Assembly (NCBI RefSeq): GCF_009914755.1 | Contig: NC_060938.1 | DNA: 64,000 nt | DNA from: the human T2T-CHM13v2.0 reference genome, Homo sapiens | Strand: one strand, 5' to 3' | Shown: piece by piece, positions 19,480 through 47,759 of the stretch | Layout of the letters: every line of letters starts with the position of its first letter | Position numbering within the stretch: the first letter of the stretch is position 1 | Program-made: the position numbers and the translations under genes | The notes under the pieces: generated by a model | What the model was told of the DNA's origin: nothing | The model's database searches: none | Seen by the model: only the letters and a program-made list of their open reading frames with translations

Positions 19480-20220
19480 TTTCTTGTACACACAGGGGTT
19501 GCCACGGAACTCCCGTGAAACAGACTCCCGGGCCAGCCGCGGCGCTCAAGCTTCCCCTGAGGTCCTAGAAAGGCTCACCCTGGGCTCGCTCGGGGCGGCG
19601 GCTCCCGGCAGGCCTAGCGCGGCGGGGCGGGGCCGGCGGCACGAGGACCAGGCAGCGCGGGCAGCACGCGCCCGGGCCGGAGCCCGCCCACAAGGGCGCG
19701 CGGCGCGTTCTGATTGGAAGGCCTCGAGCGGGGGCGGGGCTTCCAGGGTGCGCTTCCGCCGTCGCCTGTTCCCGCCGCGGAGACCCGGCAGTTGGGGGAT
19801 GCCGACGCCCGGGCCTTGAGGATGCTGCGGAAGCTCACCATCGAGCAGATCAACGACTGGTTCACCATCGGCAAGACGGTGACCAATGTGGAGCTGCTGG
19901 GCGCGCCGCCCGCCTTCCCGGCAGGGGCGGCCAGGGAGGAGGTGCAGCGCCAGGACGTGGCCCCCGGCGCTGGTCCCGCGGCCCAGGCTCCGGCTCTGGC
20001 CCAAGCTCCGGCCCGGCCGGCCGCTGCGTTCGAAAGGTAGGACGCGGGCGGGGCGGAGGCGGCTGGAGGGCGGCCGGGCGAGGCCTGGCGACGAGGGCAC
20101 GGGCCATCCAGATCCTTCTCGCGAGCCCGTGCCCTCTCGCGGGGCTCCAGGGACCCCTGACCGTCCAGGGCGAGTGGTCACTACACAACCCGACGCGCGG
20201 CCCAGAGCGGTGCCTGTAAG
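19480..20220. promoter_or_regulatory. TDRD9 CpG-island promoter: inverted CCAAT (ATTGG 19713-19717), GC box (19731-19740), TTCCCGCC (19769-19776), GGCAGTTGG (19787-19795)
   Basis: Very high CpG density around the first coding exon; motifs read directly. Confidence 0.85.
19822..20036 (+). CDS. TDRD9: TDRD9 coding exon 1 (MLRKLTIEQINDWFTIGKTVTNVELLG...AAAFER)
   Basis: ATG at 19822, donor AG|gtagga; 215 nt, phase 2; N-terminus recognised as TDRD9. Confidence 0.95.
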
Positions 20221-20269
20221 GAAGCTGAGCTAGAGGTTTTTTTTTTTTTTTTTTTTTCAGTTCTTAATG

Positions 20270-21220
<951 letters not shown>

Positions 21221-21482
21221 TAAGTTTCACAGACTCCCTCCTCATCTCACTATTCTTTAAGTAGCTACCATCAGTTACTCTGTTCACTTGATTTGGGTGG
21301 AAATAAAAAGCAAGAGTATATCCTCTGTTTTTAGAGGAAAGACGTAGATTTGGTGAGTAGAAACACCTGCTCCCTCTTCTCGCTCTTTAAAAAGGCCCTG
21401 GGAGAAGTACTTCCAGCTTGGAGTATCTCCGTCACTCTTGCTCAGTCCCCAAGTCCAGCACGCTTTACAGTTGAGAAGGTGG

Positions 21483-25624
<4,142 letters not shown>

Positions 25625-25808
25625 AAGTCCACATTTTTAAGACCTTTTGGTCGTTTAACAGATTTCATTTATTCAGTAATTTTCCCATTGATTAAAAAAG
25701 TGCTGGTGCATGTTCTCTGTATGTACTATGTGCAGCTGGAGTAGAGTGTTTGAAAGGGAGAGAATAGGTGTGGTCACGGAGCTAACAGGAGATCAAGAGG
25801 TATGTCCT

Positions 25809-26119
<311 letters not shown>

Positions 26120-26145
26120 TCAGGGAAGAATCTCTTGATGTCCTC

Positions 26146-26550
26146 TGTGATGGTTAACTTTGTGTGTCAACTTGGCTGGGTGACAGTGCCCAGATATTTG
26201 GTCAGACACTACTGTGGATGTTTTTTGAAGGTGTTTTTTAGATGAGACTAACATTGCAAATCTGTGGACTTTGGGTAAAGCAGTTGATGCTCCTTGAGGT
26301 AGGAGGGCCTCGTCCAGTCAGTTGAAGACCTGAATGCAGCGAAGACTGATTTTCCCTGACCAAGAAGAAACTGTGTCAGCCGACTGACTTTGGACTCGGA
26401 CTGCAACCCTTTCCTGGGTCTCCAGCTAGCTGGCCTATCCTGCAGATTTTGGACTTGTACCTCTATAGCTATGGGAGCTAATTCCTTAAAATAAATTTCT
26501 TTCTCCACATCTTGTTGATTCTGTTTCTTTAGAGAACTATGACTGACACA
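26146..26550 (+). mobile_element. ERVL LTR (MLT2-like)
   Basis: tgtgatggttaactttgtgtgtcaacttggctggg ... ctgtttctttagagaactatgactgacaca termini. Confidence 0.75.
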
Positions 26551-27399
26551 TCATTCAAGCAAGAGATAGGATGGTGGCTTAGACCAGGCAGGTAGCTGAG
26601 AGTGGAGGATGTGGGGTGTGGTAAGCAATGGTGGCATTTGGGACATGTTCTTAAGCTAGAGGCAAGGACTCTGTAGCTGGAGCAAGTGTAGGATGTGAGT
26701 GGGGGAGCAATCACAGGTGACACCAAGGTTTCTGGCCTAGCAAGTGACAGGTGTTGCCTTCAGGTAAGGAAGGCGAGACTGCACGAGGAATTAGTTTGTG
26801 GGGGGATACCAGGATTGATTTTGAACATGTTCACTTTAAAATGCCTGTTAGACAGCAGTACATGTAGGTGGTCTGGAGTTGAGGAAGGAAGTCTGGCAGA
26901 GCTAGACACTGGGAAGTTTAACTTCGAGAATGATGAGATCCCTTAACTAGGATGTATCCTAGTGAGTGGGTGTAGAGAGAAGGGCCCACCTGGGGTGCTT
27001 GAGTGTTTATAGGTGGATGAGTTGCAGTGAGAAAAGGAGACTGAGAACAAGTGGTCAGAGGGACACCAGGTGAGTGAGGCCCACTTTAATCAACAGCTTG
27101 CTTAGTGCCCTGCACACGCATATCTTAACACTTTCATGGGAATGATTTTGTATGTTATTTTTCCCACATAAGAACTTATTAAGGGTACAGATTATCAGGG
27201 AATCTCCACCTCTTGGTGCAGTACCTGACATAGTAGGAACTCAGATATTTGTTTGAATGAATGACCTAGGAGGTCACAATAATAATAATAATTTTTTTTT
27301 ACAAGAGGGAGGGCAGGGCATTTGGTGAGTAGATAAGTGTGGCAGAGTGATGTTACCTATTTACCATGTGAAAATGGAAGCAAGGTAATTACTGGTGAT

Positions 27400-31235
<3,836 letters not shown>

Positions 31236-31739
31236 CAATTTTGATACGTATATTTTTTTCTTTTTAGATGAAAGAAAACCAGTAAATCTTCAAATATAAA
31301 GTTATAATTAGGTTCCTTGGACTTAACTTTAAGAATGAATTGTATCACTTTATAAAAAAAATCTGACTAATGTATAATTTCCTACTTTTAATAAAGTTAT
31401 GAAAAGCCAGATTTTGTGTATTAAATATTTTGCTATTTCACCAGAGTATAAGTTTAAATTATTCACCAACAGTGAATGTTTTTCTTTGAGAGTAGCAGCT
31501 ACTCATGTTGCTAAATCAGTCTATTTATCTTTACTGATAGAGCTGAGTTTTATTACACGTTCCCTTAATGTTGAGCTTAAAAGTACTGTGATTAAAACCA
31601 AAGCTGAGTGTTGGGTTAAAGCCCTGCTTCATTTTTAAACTGCATGATATTTTTTCCCTCACCGCCCTTCTCCCCATCCCCTGCTGAGAATGATCGTATA
31701 ATGGGATGTTGACTTCTCATTTCTGTTATGTTGTAAAGA

Positions 31740-32124
31740 TAGGATTCGTATTAATAATTTATTTAATTCTATACGTAGCTTCATTGTAGAATAAAAGTCA
31801 AGGTTAATATCTAAGTTTTGTACAGAATTTGTCAGACTTCATACTAAAGTTGCTTTAGTTCCTGTGAGGTGGGTTTGAGGTATAAGAAAATACTGCAAAC
31901 ATTTTTTCAAAATACTTAGGAAACATTTTAGTTAAAAGCATACTATTCAATGAAAACATAGCATGTTTAGAGTGGTTAAAAAAAGAACACTATTTAAAAC
32001 ATAGGCTACATCCACAGGATACTGACCTTGTAACAAAGAAAAACTTGAAGTCACATCACTTTTTCTTATTCTTAATATTAGGAGTTCTAAGGTGTTCATA
32101 AAAACCCCTCTAGTTGTAAGTAAC
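31740..32124 (-). other. RD3L: RD3L 3' UTR with AATAAA at 31758-31763
   Basis: AT-rich sequence after the stop; TTTATT on the + strand. End approximate. Confidence 0.6.
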
Positions 32125-32559
<435 letters not shown>

Positions 32560-32714
32560 CTAGTAAAGAAATTTTAAATGTAATTTAAAACAATTGCTCA
32601 CCAGACATCTACACAGTTAAAGAATTTACATGATAGAATACAGTTTCTAGTCAAAATATATGAGGAACTTGGACTTAGCAGTAGCAGGAATCATAAGAGA
32701 ACATAGTATTTTTA

Positions 32715-33035
<321 letters not shown>

Positions 33036-33410
33036 TCACTTGTTTATTTGCTCAAAATGTTATGTTCTTCTGAGCAAATATTTGTTTCTTTACAATAAAT
33101 TTGCCCGAAAAGTGCACGATTTTTTTTCACATTTAGCTATGCAGGTCAAAATAAGATTAGAACATGGATTAACGTCTTAATTTTTAACTAGGTCAGTGGC
33201 AGAAACCAAGCTTTGAAAATGCTTTTATGTAGCTTAGCAGAAATTAGATATACAAAGTCAGAGATAACATATAGACTGAATGATATCCGAAAATAACACT
33301 AACACTTGCTGTGAAAAGTTCTTAAGAGACTTAAAATATTAATGTCGGGGCAAGTGCTGCCTACAGATACTTTTGATTTATGTTTTGGACAGAAAAGGTT
33401 TAAAGCTTAC

Positions 33411-33660
33411 CTGTTAAGTTGATGGGCTGATGTGATGTTGCCAAAGAGTTGACTGAAGTTGGTGACGAAGCTGTGTTTCACTGGGACGTATCTTGCTCTC
33501 CTAGGTGTGTCCTCTGTAGAAGGAATGCGCCACCTTATTTACCCACCGAAACTGTATTTGAAATAAATAACTTTCTGTGTTAGGAATGAGGCTGTGATGT
33601 CTTCATTTGGAGAGAATGCTCATTAATTCACCTTGTAAGTAAGCTAGAAGAAATGACAAA
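33411..33660 (-). other. RD3L: RD3L non-coding exon 1 (5' end approximate)
   Basis: Strong donor CAG|gtaagc (+ strand gcttac 33405-33410); TATA-like element at 33688-33695 upstream. Confidence 0.6.
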
Positions 33661-33684
33661 AATAACTGACTATTTAATCTTCAC

Positions 33685-33935
33685 AAGTTATATAATGGTC
33701 TGCCTTTTCAATGTAGCTCAGTCTATTTGAAAAAAATGCCAGCAGCTATAGATGCTGGTCCTAAATGCATTCCGACATGTCTTTGGTAGTGAAACGAAGA
33801 ATGGTCGTCTAAAGCACCATAGATGCGCTCCGAGCTAGAGTGAAGACTGTCGCGTGATGTGATGCTTTGCTGTGCATAGCTGTAGGTCACAGTTTAGTGC
33901 TGTATTTTTATGCCTGTAGAGCTCTAAAAATAGCC
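33685..33935 (-). promoter_or_regulatory. Putative RD3L promoter: TATA-like TTATATAA (33688-33695), MCAT CATTCC (33768-33773), MEF2 CTAAAAATAG (33924-33933)
   Basis: Motifs read directly, placed upstream of RD3L exon 1 in unique sequence. Confidence 0.55.
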
Positions 33936-34440
33936 ACGTTGCTTTTATTCTTCAGCTTAACTTTCAGGCCATTTGGAAGCCGGGTCACTGTCCCCTCTAG
34001 TGAAAACAGGAAAAATAGATTAGACTTGACTATTTGCAAAACATACATTCTGAGAAAACTCATTGTAATTGAGTGAAATAGGTAAAGAATGCTGATGTGA
34101 ATTATAATTGTGAAATATTTAGCAAATGTTACATTTTGTATTCATTTTGGTTTTTTCAAAATAGTTAAATTTGTATATTTAAGCAAGTTGAAATGCTAGG
34201 GGACATAATAAACAGCTAGATAACTTTAAAATATACTTTATAATCTCTGAAAATATGGTAATAAGGCAGTAATTGGTTGTCAGGGAAAAATAGAGGCATA
34301 AGAACATACAAAATTCTAAACAAAATCTTATAATTCATCGTAGAAAAATCATTTTCGTGTTTTTTTTTTGGAGCTGAGGATGAAAAACTTATATTTACTA
34401 TTTAGGTGCATATTGGTTTGTAATGGTCATTATTGTGCTA

Positions 34441-35012
<572 letters not shown>

Positions 35013-35840
35013 TAGTATAAAAGGTCTTTTACTCCCCAGTTCTCTGTGAAACGACTGCATAGTGGTTTTCCCTTTTATAGTATTTGTTTCTTCTGTTGCT
35101 TTTCCTTTCAAGTGAGCCATGAAGAGTAGACGTTGTTTACATCAGACTTGCATGTCATGCATGACCCAGAGTGACGTGTGTGGCCACCCTACAGCTCCTG
35201 TTGCTTAGATGTTAGAAAAAGCCAGATGTCAGGACTGATTATTGTCAACTGGAAGGTTTTCACATGACATTGCATATACTGTTAGGAGAAGGAAAGGAGT
35301 AAAGTTTATGATGACAGAAGTGTCCTACCAAATTTTATACTAAAATTACAGCGAATCTTGCCGCATACTCCTTTGAATAACCTCCTTGTTACTGCATAAA
35401 TTTTTTTCCTCTGAAATGGTAACAAAAATATCAGAACATATTGGATATGGAACTTAAGCCAAATTTCTGTTCAAGGCCCTCTGCAGTCTCACATTATCCC
35501 TCCTTCAAGGCCCTCTACAGTCTTACGTTATCCCTCCTTACCTGGCTTGCTTTCTTGCTCGACCCTAGAGCACACCTTTTGTTTCAGCCAGGCCACGTTG
35601 CCCCCTGACGCTTGCCATGCTTACTTCTGATCCTTCAGCTTTGGTTCAACTGTTTTTTCTCTTCTGAAAAGCTGCTTCTTTGTGTTTTTCATGTATCCAC
35701 ATAGTAATTCTCTTTTTCATGGACCAGCTCAAATACCAACTGATTTTTTCCTTCAACCTGAGGGTCAATGTGAACATCTTCCTTGGCCCTTCTTTTCCTT
35801 TGAACTCTGATTTTATTTATCTTCACTGTTAAACTTATAG

Positions 35841-37610
<1,770 letters not shown>

Positions 37611-39228
37611 TGAATTAAAAGTTCTGGGTTATTGATTCATTTTTCTTAAGGTAAAAAGTACATTTCTGTGGAGTTGTTCATATTAAAAACTCTCAACAAA
37701 CTAGAAATAGAAGGAAACTACTAGCATAATAAAAGCCATATGTGAAAAGCCCACAGCTAACATCATACTCAATGGAAGATTGAAAGCTTTTCCTCTAAGA
37801 TCAGGAACAAGGTGAGGTTGCCGCCTTTCACCACTTTTACTTAACTTAGTACTAGAATTTCTAGCCAGAGCAATCAAGGAAGATTAAGAAATAAAATGCA
37901 TCCAAATTACAAAGGAAGAAGTAACATTATCTCTGTTTGCAGATGATATAATTTTATATGTAGAAACCCCTAAAGATTCCACAAAAACCTGTCAGAACTA
38001 ATAATTGAATTCAGCAAAGTAGCAGTCTACAAAGTTAACACACAAAATTCAGTCTCATTTCTATACCCTAACAATGAACAATCTAAAAAGGAAATTACAA
38101 AACTATTCTATTGGTAATAGCATCAAAAAGAATAAAATACTCAGGGATTAACCAAAGAAGTGAAAGTCTGGACAATGAGAAGTGCAAAACATTGCTGAAA
38201 GAAATTAAAAACATAAGTAAATGGAAATACATCCTCTATTCATGGATTGGAAGACAATATTGTTAAAATGTCAGTACTACACGATGTGATCTACAGATTC
38301 AATGCAATCTCTGCCAAAATCCTAATGACTTTTTTTTCATAAATGGAAAAATCCATCCTGAAATTCATATGGAATGTCAAGGAACCCTGAATAGTCAAAA
38401 CAATCTTGAAAAAGAAGTACAAAGCTGGAAGACTCATATTTCCTGATTTTTAAATTACTACAAAGCTACAATCATCAAAACAGTATGGTATTGGCATAAA
38501 GACGCATAGACCAATGGAGTAGAGAGCCCAGAAATAAACCCTCACATACATGGTCAATAATTTTCAGTAAGGGTGCCAACACCAATTAAGGGGAAAAGGA
38601 CAGTTTGTTTTTTTTGTTTGTTTGTTTGTTTTGTTTTTTTTGTTTTTTTGTTTTTTTTTGTTTTTTTAGATGGAGTCTCTCTCTGTCGCCCAGGCTGAAG
38701 TGCAGTGGCGATTTCTACTCACTGCAAGCTCTGTCCCCCAGGTTCATGCCATTCTCCTGCCTTAGCCTCCCGAGTAGCTGGGACTACAGGCGCCCGCCAC
38801 CACGCCCGGCTAATTTTTTTGTATTTTTAGTAGAGATGGGGTTTCACCGTGTTTGCCAGATGGTCTGGATCTCCTGACCTCGTGATCCACCCGCCTTGGC
38901 CTCCCAAAGTGCTGGGATTACAGGCATGAGCCACCGTGCCTGGCCAGGACAGTCTTTTCAGCAGATGATGCTGAGAATAGTGGAAATCCACAGGCAAAAA
39001 AATGAAATTGGATTACTACTTTACACCATATACAAAAATTAAGTTGAAATGGATTAAAGCTCAAAAGTAAGACCTAAAACTGCAAAACCCTTAGGGGAAA
39101 ACTGAGGGCACAAACTTCACATCGTATGTGGCAATAATTTCTTGGATATGACACCAAAGGCACAGGCAACAAAAGAAGAAAGACAAATTGGACTTGAAAG
39201 ATTTGTATATCAAAAAACTGAACAGTAA

Positions 39229-39642
<414 letters not shown>

Positions 39643-40477
39643 TGATTCAAAATTGGCAAAACAGGAGTTGGTGAGGATGTGGAGAAATTGGAACCCTTGT
39701 GTACTGTTGGTGAGAATGTAAAATGGTGGGGCTGCTGTGGAAAACAGTATGGTGGATCTTCAAAAAATTAAAAATAGAATTACTATATGATCCAGCAATT
39801 TCACTTTTGGGTATATACCCAGAAAAGTTTAAAGGAAGACCTTGAAGAGATGTTTGTACACCTGTGTTCATAACATCATTATTCACAATAGCTAAAACGT
39901 GGAAGCAACCTGAGTGTCCATATCCATAGAAAGGAGTATTACTCAGCCTTGAAAAGGAAGAAAATTCTGACATACGCTCTGACATAGATGAACCTTGAGG
40001 ACATTATGCTAAATAAGCCAGTCACAAAAGGACAGATACTTTAGCCAGGCACTATGGAGTGTGCCTGTAGTTCCTTCTACTTAGGAGGCTGAGATGGGAG
40101 GATTGCATGAGCCCAGAAGTTTAAGGCTGCAGTGAGCTATAATTGCACCACTGCACTCCAGCTTGGGCAACAGAGCAAGACCCTGTGACAGAGTGAGACT
40201 CCATCTCAAAAAAAAAAAAAAAAAAAATCCTTGAAAGGACAAATACTCTGTGATTCCACTTATATGAGATTCCCTAAAGGAGTCAATATCATAGGGCCAG
40301 AAAGTAGAATGGTATTTGTTGGTGGCTAGGAATAGAGGGAAATGGGGAGTTATTGTTTAATGGGTACAGAGATTGTTTTACAAGATGAAGATTTCTGGAG
40401 ATGGATGGTGGTGAAGGTTGCATAACATGAATGTATTTAATACCACTGAACTGTACACTTAAAAATAGTTAAGATGG

Positions 40478-43413
<2,936 letters not shown>

Positions 43414-43435
43414 TAGTTAAGATGGCAAGTTTTAT

Positions 43436-43498
43436 GTTATATATATACACGTATATATATATGTATATACGTGTATATATGTGTATATATGTGTGTGC

Positions 43499-43576
<78 letters not shown>
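43436..43576. repeat. Compound (TA)n/(TG)n/(T)n microsatellite at an AluY tail
   Basis: Read directly. Confidence 0.95.
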
Positions 43577-44045
43577 GAGGCAGAGTCTCGCTCGTTCGCC
43601 CAGGCTGGAGTGCAGTGGTGCGATCTCAGCTCACTGCAAGCTCCGCCTCCCGGGTTCACGCCAATCTTCCTGCCTCAGCTTCCCGAGTATCTGGGACTAC
43701 AGGCGCCCGCCACCACCCCTGGCTAATTTTTTGTATTTTTAGTAGAGACGGGGTTTCACCGTGTTAGCCAGGATGGTCTTGATCTCTTGACCTCGTGATC
43801 CGCCCACCTCGGCCTCCCAAAGTGCTGGGATTACAGGCATGAGCCACTGTGCTCGGCCTTATGTTATATATATTTGCCACAATAAAAAGATTGAAAAAAA
43901 TGCAGTTAATATTTAAGGAGAAACTGATATTGAATTTCTTTTTTTCAGTATTTTAATTAAAATACTACTGCATTTACCTTTTAAAGTTAAAAGTCACATT
44001 TCTATGCGTTTCATTCTTATCTTAGTGATTTATAGGAATTCTCTC

Positions 44046-44079
<34 letters not shown>

Positions 44080-44770
44080 CAGAGTCTCACTCTGTCGCCC
44101 AGGCTGGAGTGCAGTGGTGCGATCTTGGTGTACTGCAACCTCTGCCTCTAGGTTTCAGGCAAATTCTCCTGCCTCAGTCTCCCGAGTAGCTGGGATTACA
44201 GGTGCTCGCCACCACGTTGGGCTAATTTTTGTATTTTTAGTAGAGATGAGGTTTCACCATGTTGGCCAGGCTGGTCTCAAACTCCTGACCTCAGGTGATC
44301 CACCCGCCTCGACCTCCCAAAGTGCTAGGATTACAGGCGTGAGCCACCGTGCCCAGCCAGGAATTAAAGTTTTGCTGCAAATGTTTTCTTTCAGATGATC
44401 ACCTGCTCCCCTTCACCTGGTCAGAGCCATGCTGTTAAACTAAAAGTCAGATATTGTTATTTCTCTCTCTGCTCAAAACCCATCTTATTCAGAACAAAAG
44501 CCAAAATCTTTATAATTACTCCCAGCTCCTCCCTGATACTTCCAGCTCTTCTCCATACCCTTCTGCTCCCTACCCTCCATTTCTCATCATCCTCTTCCCG
44601 CCCCCTCCTGTGGGAGCCACCCAGGCATCTTGACTCTCTCAGCTGCACCTGGTACACTGTTATTGTTGAGTGAATTAATGAGTAAATGTCAGGCAAACAG
44701 TAACCAGAGGAATGCTGATATTTTGGAACAGGTAAAAGTTGGCTTTGATGCAAACAGCATTTTATTAAAG

Positions 44771-45335
44771 TGTATTAGACAGGATTCTCCAGAGAAACAG
44801 GACTAATAAGATATATATAGATCTGTAAGAGGGGGAGATTGGTGATGACACTTGGTGCACGTGATTATGGAGGCTGAGACGTCTCACTATATACCTTCTG
44901 CAAGCTGGAGAAGAAGGAAAGTTGGTGGTGAAATTCAGTCTGAATTTGAAGGCCTGGGAACCAGGGTAACTGATGCTGTAACTCCCAATCCAAGACAAAG
45001 CCTGAGAACCTGGGATGGGAGATGGCTGGTGTGAATCTCGGAGCCTGAGGGTCTGAGAATCAGGAACTCTAGTGTCCCAGGGCAGGAGAGACTGGATGTC
45101 CCAGTTCAAAAAGAGAGTATTTACCCTTCCTTATCCTTTTTGTTCTGCCCGCGTGGACTCTCAGTGGACTCGGTAATGCCCATCCATGTTACTGAGGCAG
45201 GTCTTCTTTACTCAGCCTACTGATTCAAATGCTAACCTCTTCCTGAAACACCCTGACACAGCCAGAAAAAATGTTTTACCAGCTATCTGGGCATCCCTTG
45301 GCCCAGTCAAGTTGACATAAAATTAATCATTACAT
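44771..45335 (-). mobile_element. ERVL LTR (MLT2-like)
   Basis: tgtattag...ttctccagagaaacag and cccagtcaagttgaca...aattaatcattaca termini. Confidence 0.75.
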
Positions 45336-45942
45336 AAAGTTTGTCTCAAATTTCAAGAATCAGTATCATATAGTCTCTTTGACAACAGTGCATTTAAACC
45401 AGACACTGATGAGGAAAACATAGTTGATAGCATATAATACATATCACAATTGTCTTTTTTCACTTAATATTCTGGACATGTTTATCTGTTGGCATGAATA
45501 GAGCCATGACACTTTCAAAATGATACACATTAACTAAGGTATGCCATTGTTTTAGCTTGTCCCCTGTTGGACATGTTTTTCAGGTTTTAATTATTACAAA
45601 TATTATGAAAATATACCCTTCCTCCCTGGAATCCTTAATAGCGTCACCCGATTTTAATTTTGTCCACATCTCTAATCAGCATCTTACGTATCTATTATGT
45701 CTCCTTCACAAGAATGGTAGTTTCATGTGGGCAAGGACTTTGTTTTGTTTCCTGCTATATCTTTAGTGTTGGAGACAGTGCCTTTTGTGCAGTAGGTGTT
45801 CAGTAAGTATTTGCTAAACAAATGAATGTTTCCATGCATGTCTTTGCACGTGCTTCGTTTACATGTGCTGATGTTTAACAAAGATTCTGAGGAAAAGTTG
45901 GATTGTAGGAGACGTGTGTTTTAAGTTTTGGTTAGTTTTTAG

Positions 45943-46242
<300 letters not shown>

Positions 46243-46982
46243 TAGGCTGTTTATTTTTTTTTTGAAACAGGGTCTCGCTTTGTTGCCTAGGCTGGAGTGC
46301 AGTGGCATAATCTTGGCTCACTGCAACCTCCACTTCCTGACTCAAGGGATCCTCCAGCCCCAGCCTGCTGAGTAGCTGGGACCACAGGCATGAGCCCACA
46401 CCCGGCTCATTTCTATATTTTTTATAGAGATGGGGTTTCACCATGTTGCCCAGGCTGGTCTCGAACTTCTGAGCACAAAGTGATCCAGCCGCCTTGGCCT
46501 CCCAAAGTGCTGGGATTACAGGTGTGAACCACCATGCCTGGCTGTTTTAAGTTTTAATTAGCTGATTTCAGCTACTCAGGAGGTTGAGGTGGGAGGATTG
46601 CTTGAACTTAGGAGGTTGAGGTTACAGTGAGCTATGATCACAGCACTGTACTCTAGCCTGGGTGACAGAGAGAGACCTTGCCTCAAAAAAATGATACTGC
46701 AAACTACCCTTCAGAATAAGTGGTCATACCCATTTACCATAAATGTATCTCTCCTCATAAATATTCTGAAAATATTTGCTCTTTTTGCCAATTTGATGGG
46801 TGAAAAAATGGTTTGTCATTGTTTTAATTTGCATCTGCCTGGTAACTGAGTTTGAGTGTATATTCATTTGTTTATTGACTATTTGCATTTTTTCCTGTGA
46901 CTTAATGTGAAAAACTTGTCTAGTACACAAGGGTTTCTTGGCTTTTTGGAAATAGTATACTAACTTTTACTATTCTTTTCAG

Positions 46983-47089
46983 GTCACTCAGCCAAAGGAG
47001 CTCAGAAGTAGAGTATATTAACAAATACAGACAGCTCGAAGCACAAGAGCTTGATGTGTGTCGCAGTGTCCAACCAACCAGTGGGCCAG
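46983..47089 (+). CDS. TDRD9: TDRD9 coding exon 2 (SLSQRSSEVEYINKYRQLEAQELDVCRSVQPTSGP)
   Basis: tattcttttcag| acceptor, CAG|gtaaac donor; 107 nt, keeps frame with exons 1 and 3. Missed by the ORF track. Confidence 0.92.
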
Positions 47090-47392
47090 GTAAACAGGTC
47101 TCTTTAAATATTTTAGATAGGATGCATGAGTGGTTCACATGCTAAAATATTAGGTTCATAGTGCATGCCTGTAATTCCAGCTACTCAGGAGGCTGAGGTG
47201 GGAGGATCACTTAAGGCCAGGAATTTAACACTAGCCTGGGCAACATGGTGACACTCTGTCTCTACAAAAAATAAAAAAACTAGCTGGATGTGGTGGTGTA
47301 CATCTGTAATCCCAGCTACTCGGGAGGCTGAGGTGAGAGGGTCACTTGAGGCTAGGAGTTCAGGTTCATCCTGGGCAACATACGGAGACCCT

Positions 47393-47462
<70 letters not shown>

Positions 47463-47528
47463 TTAGGCCAGGCGCAGTGGCTCATGCCTGTAATCCCAGC
47501 ACTTTGGGAGGCCGAGGCAGGTGGATCA

Positions 47529-47759
<231 letters not shown>

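Noticed and set aside
19714-19821. Apparent 36-aa N-terminal extension of TDRD9 in the ORF track
   Set aside because: Starts at a TTG inside the CCAAT box, probably upstream of the TSS; the first in-frame ATG is 19822.
19546-20181. 211-aa minus-strand ORF and other overlapping ORFs in the TDRD9 island
   Set aside because: GC-rich shadow frames of TDRD9 exon 1; non-ATG start; low-complexity composition.
35154-35165. 12-bp palindrome GTCATGCATGAC
   Set aside because: Palindromes of this length are expected by chance in 64 kb; no supporting context.
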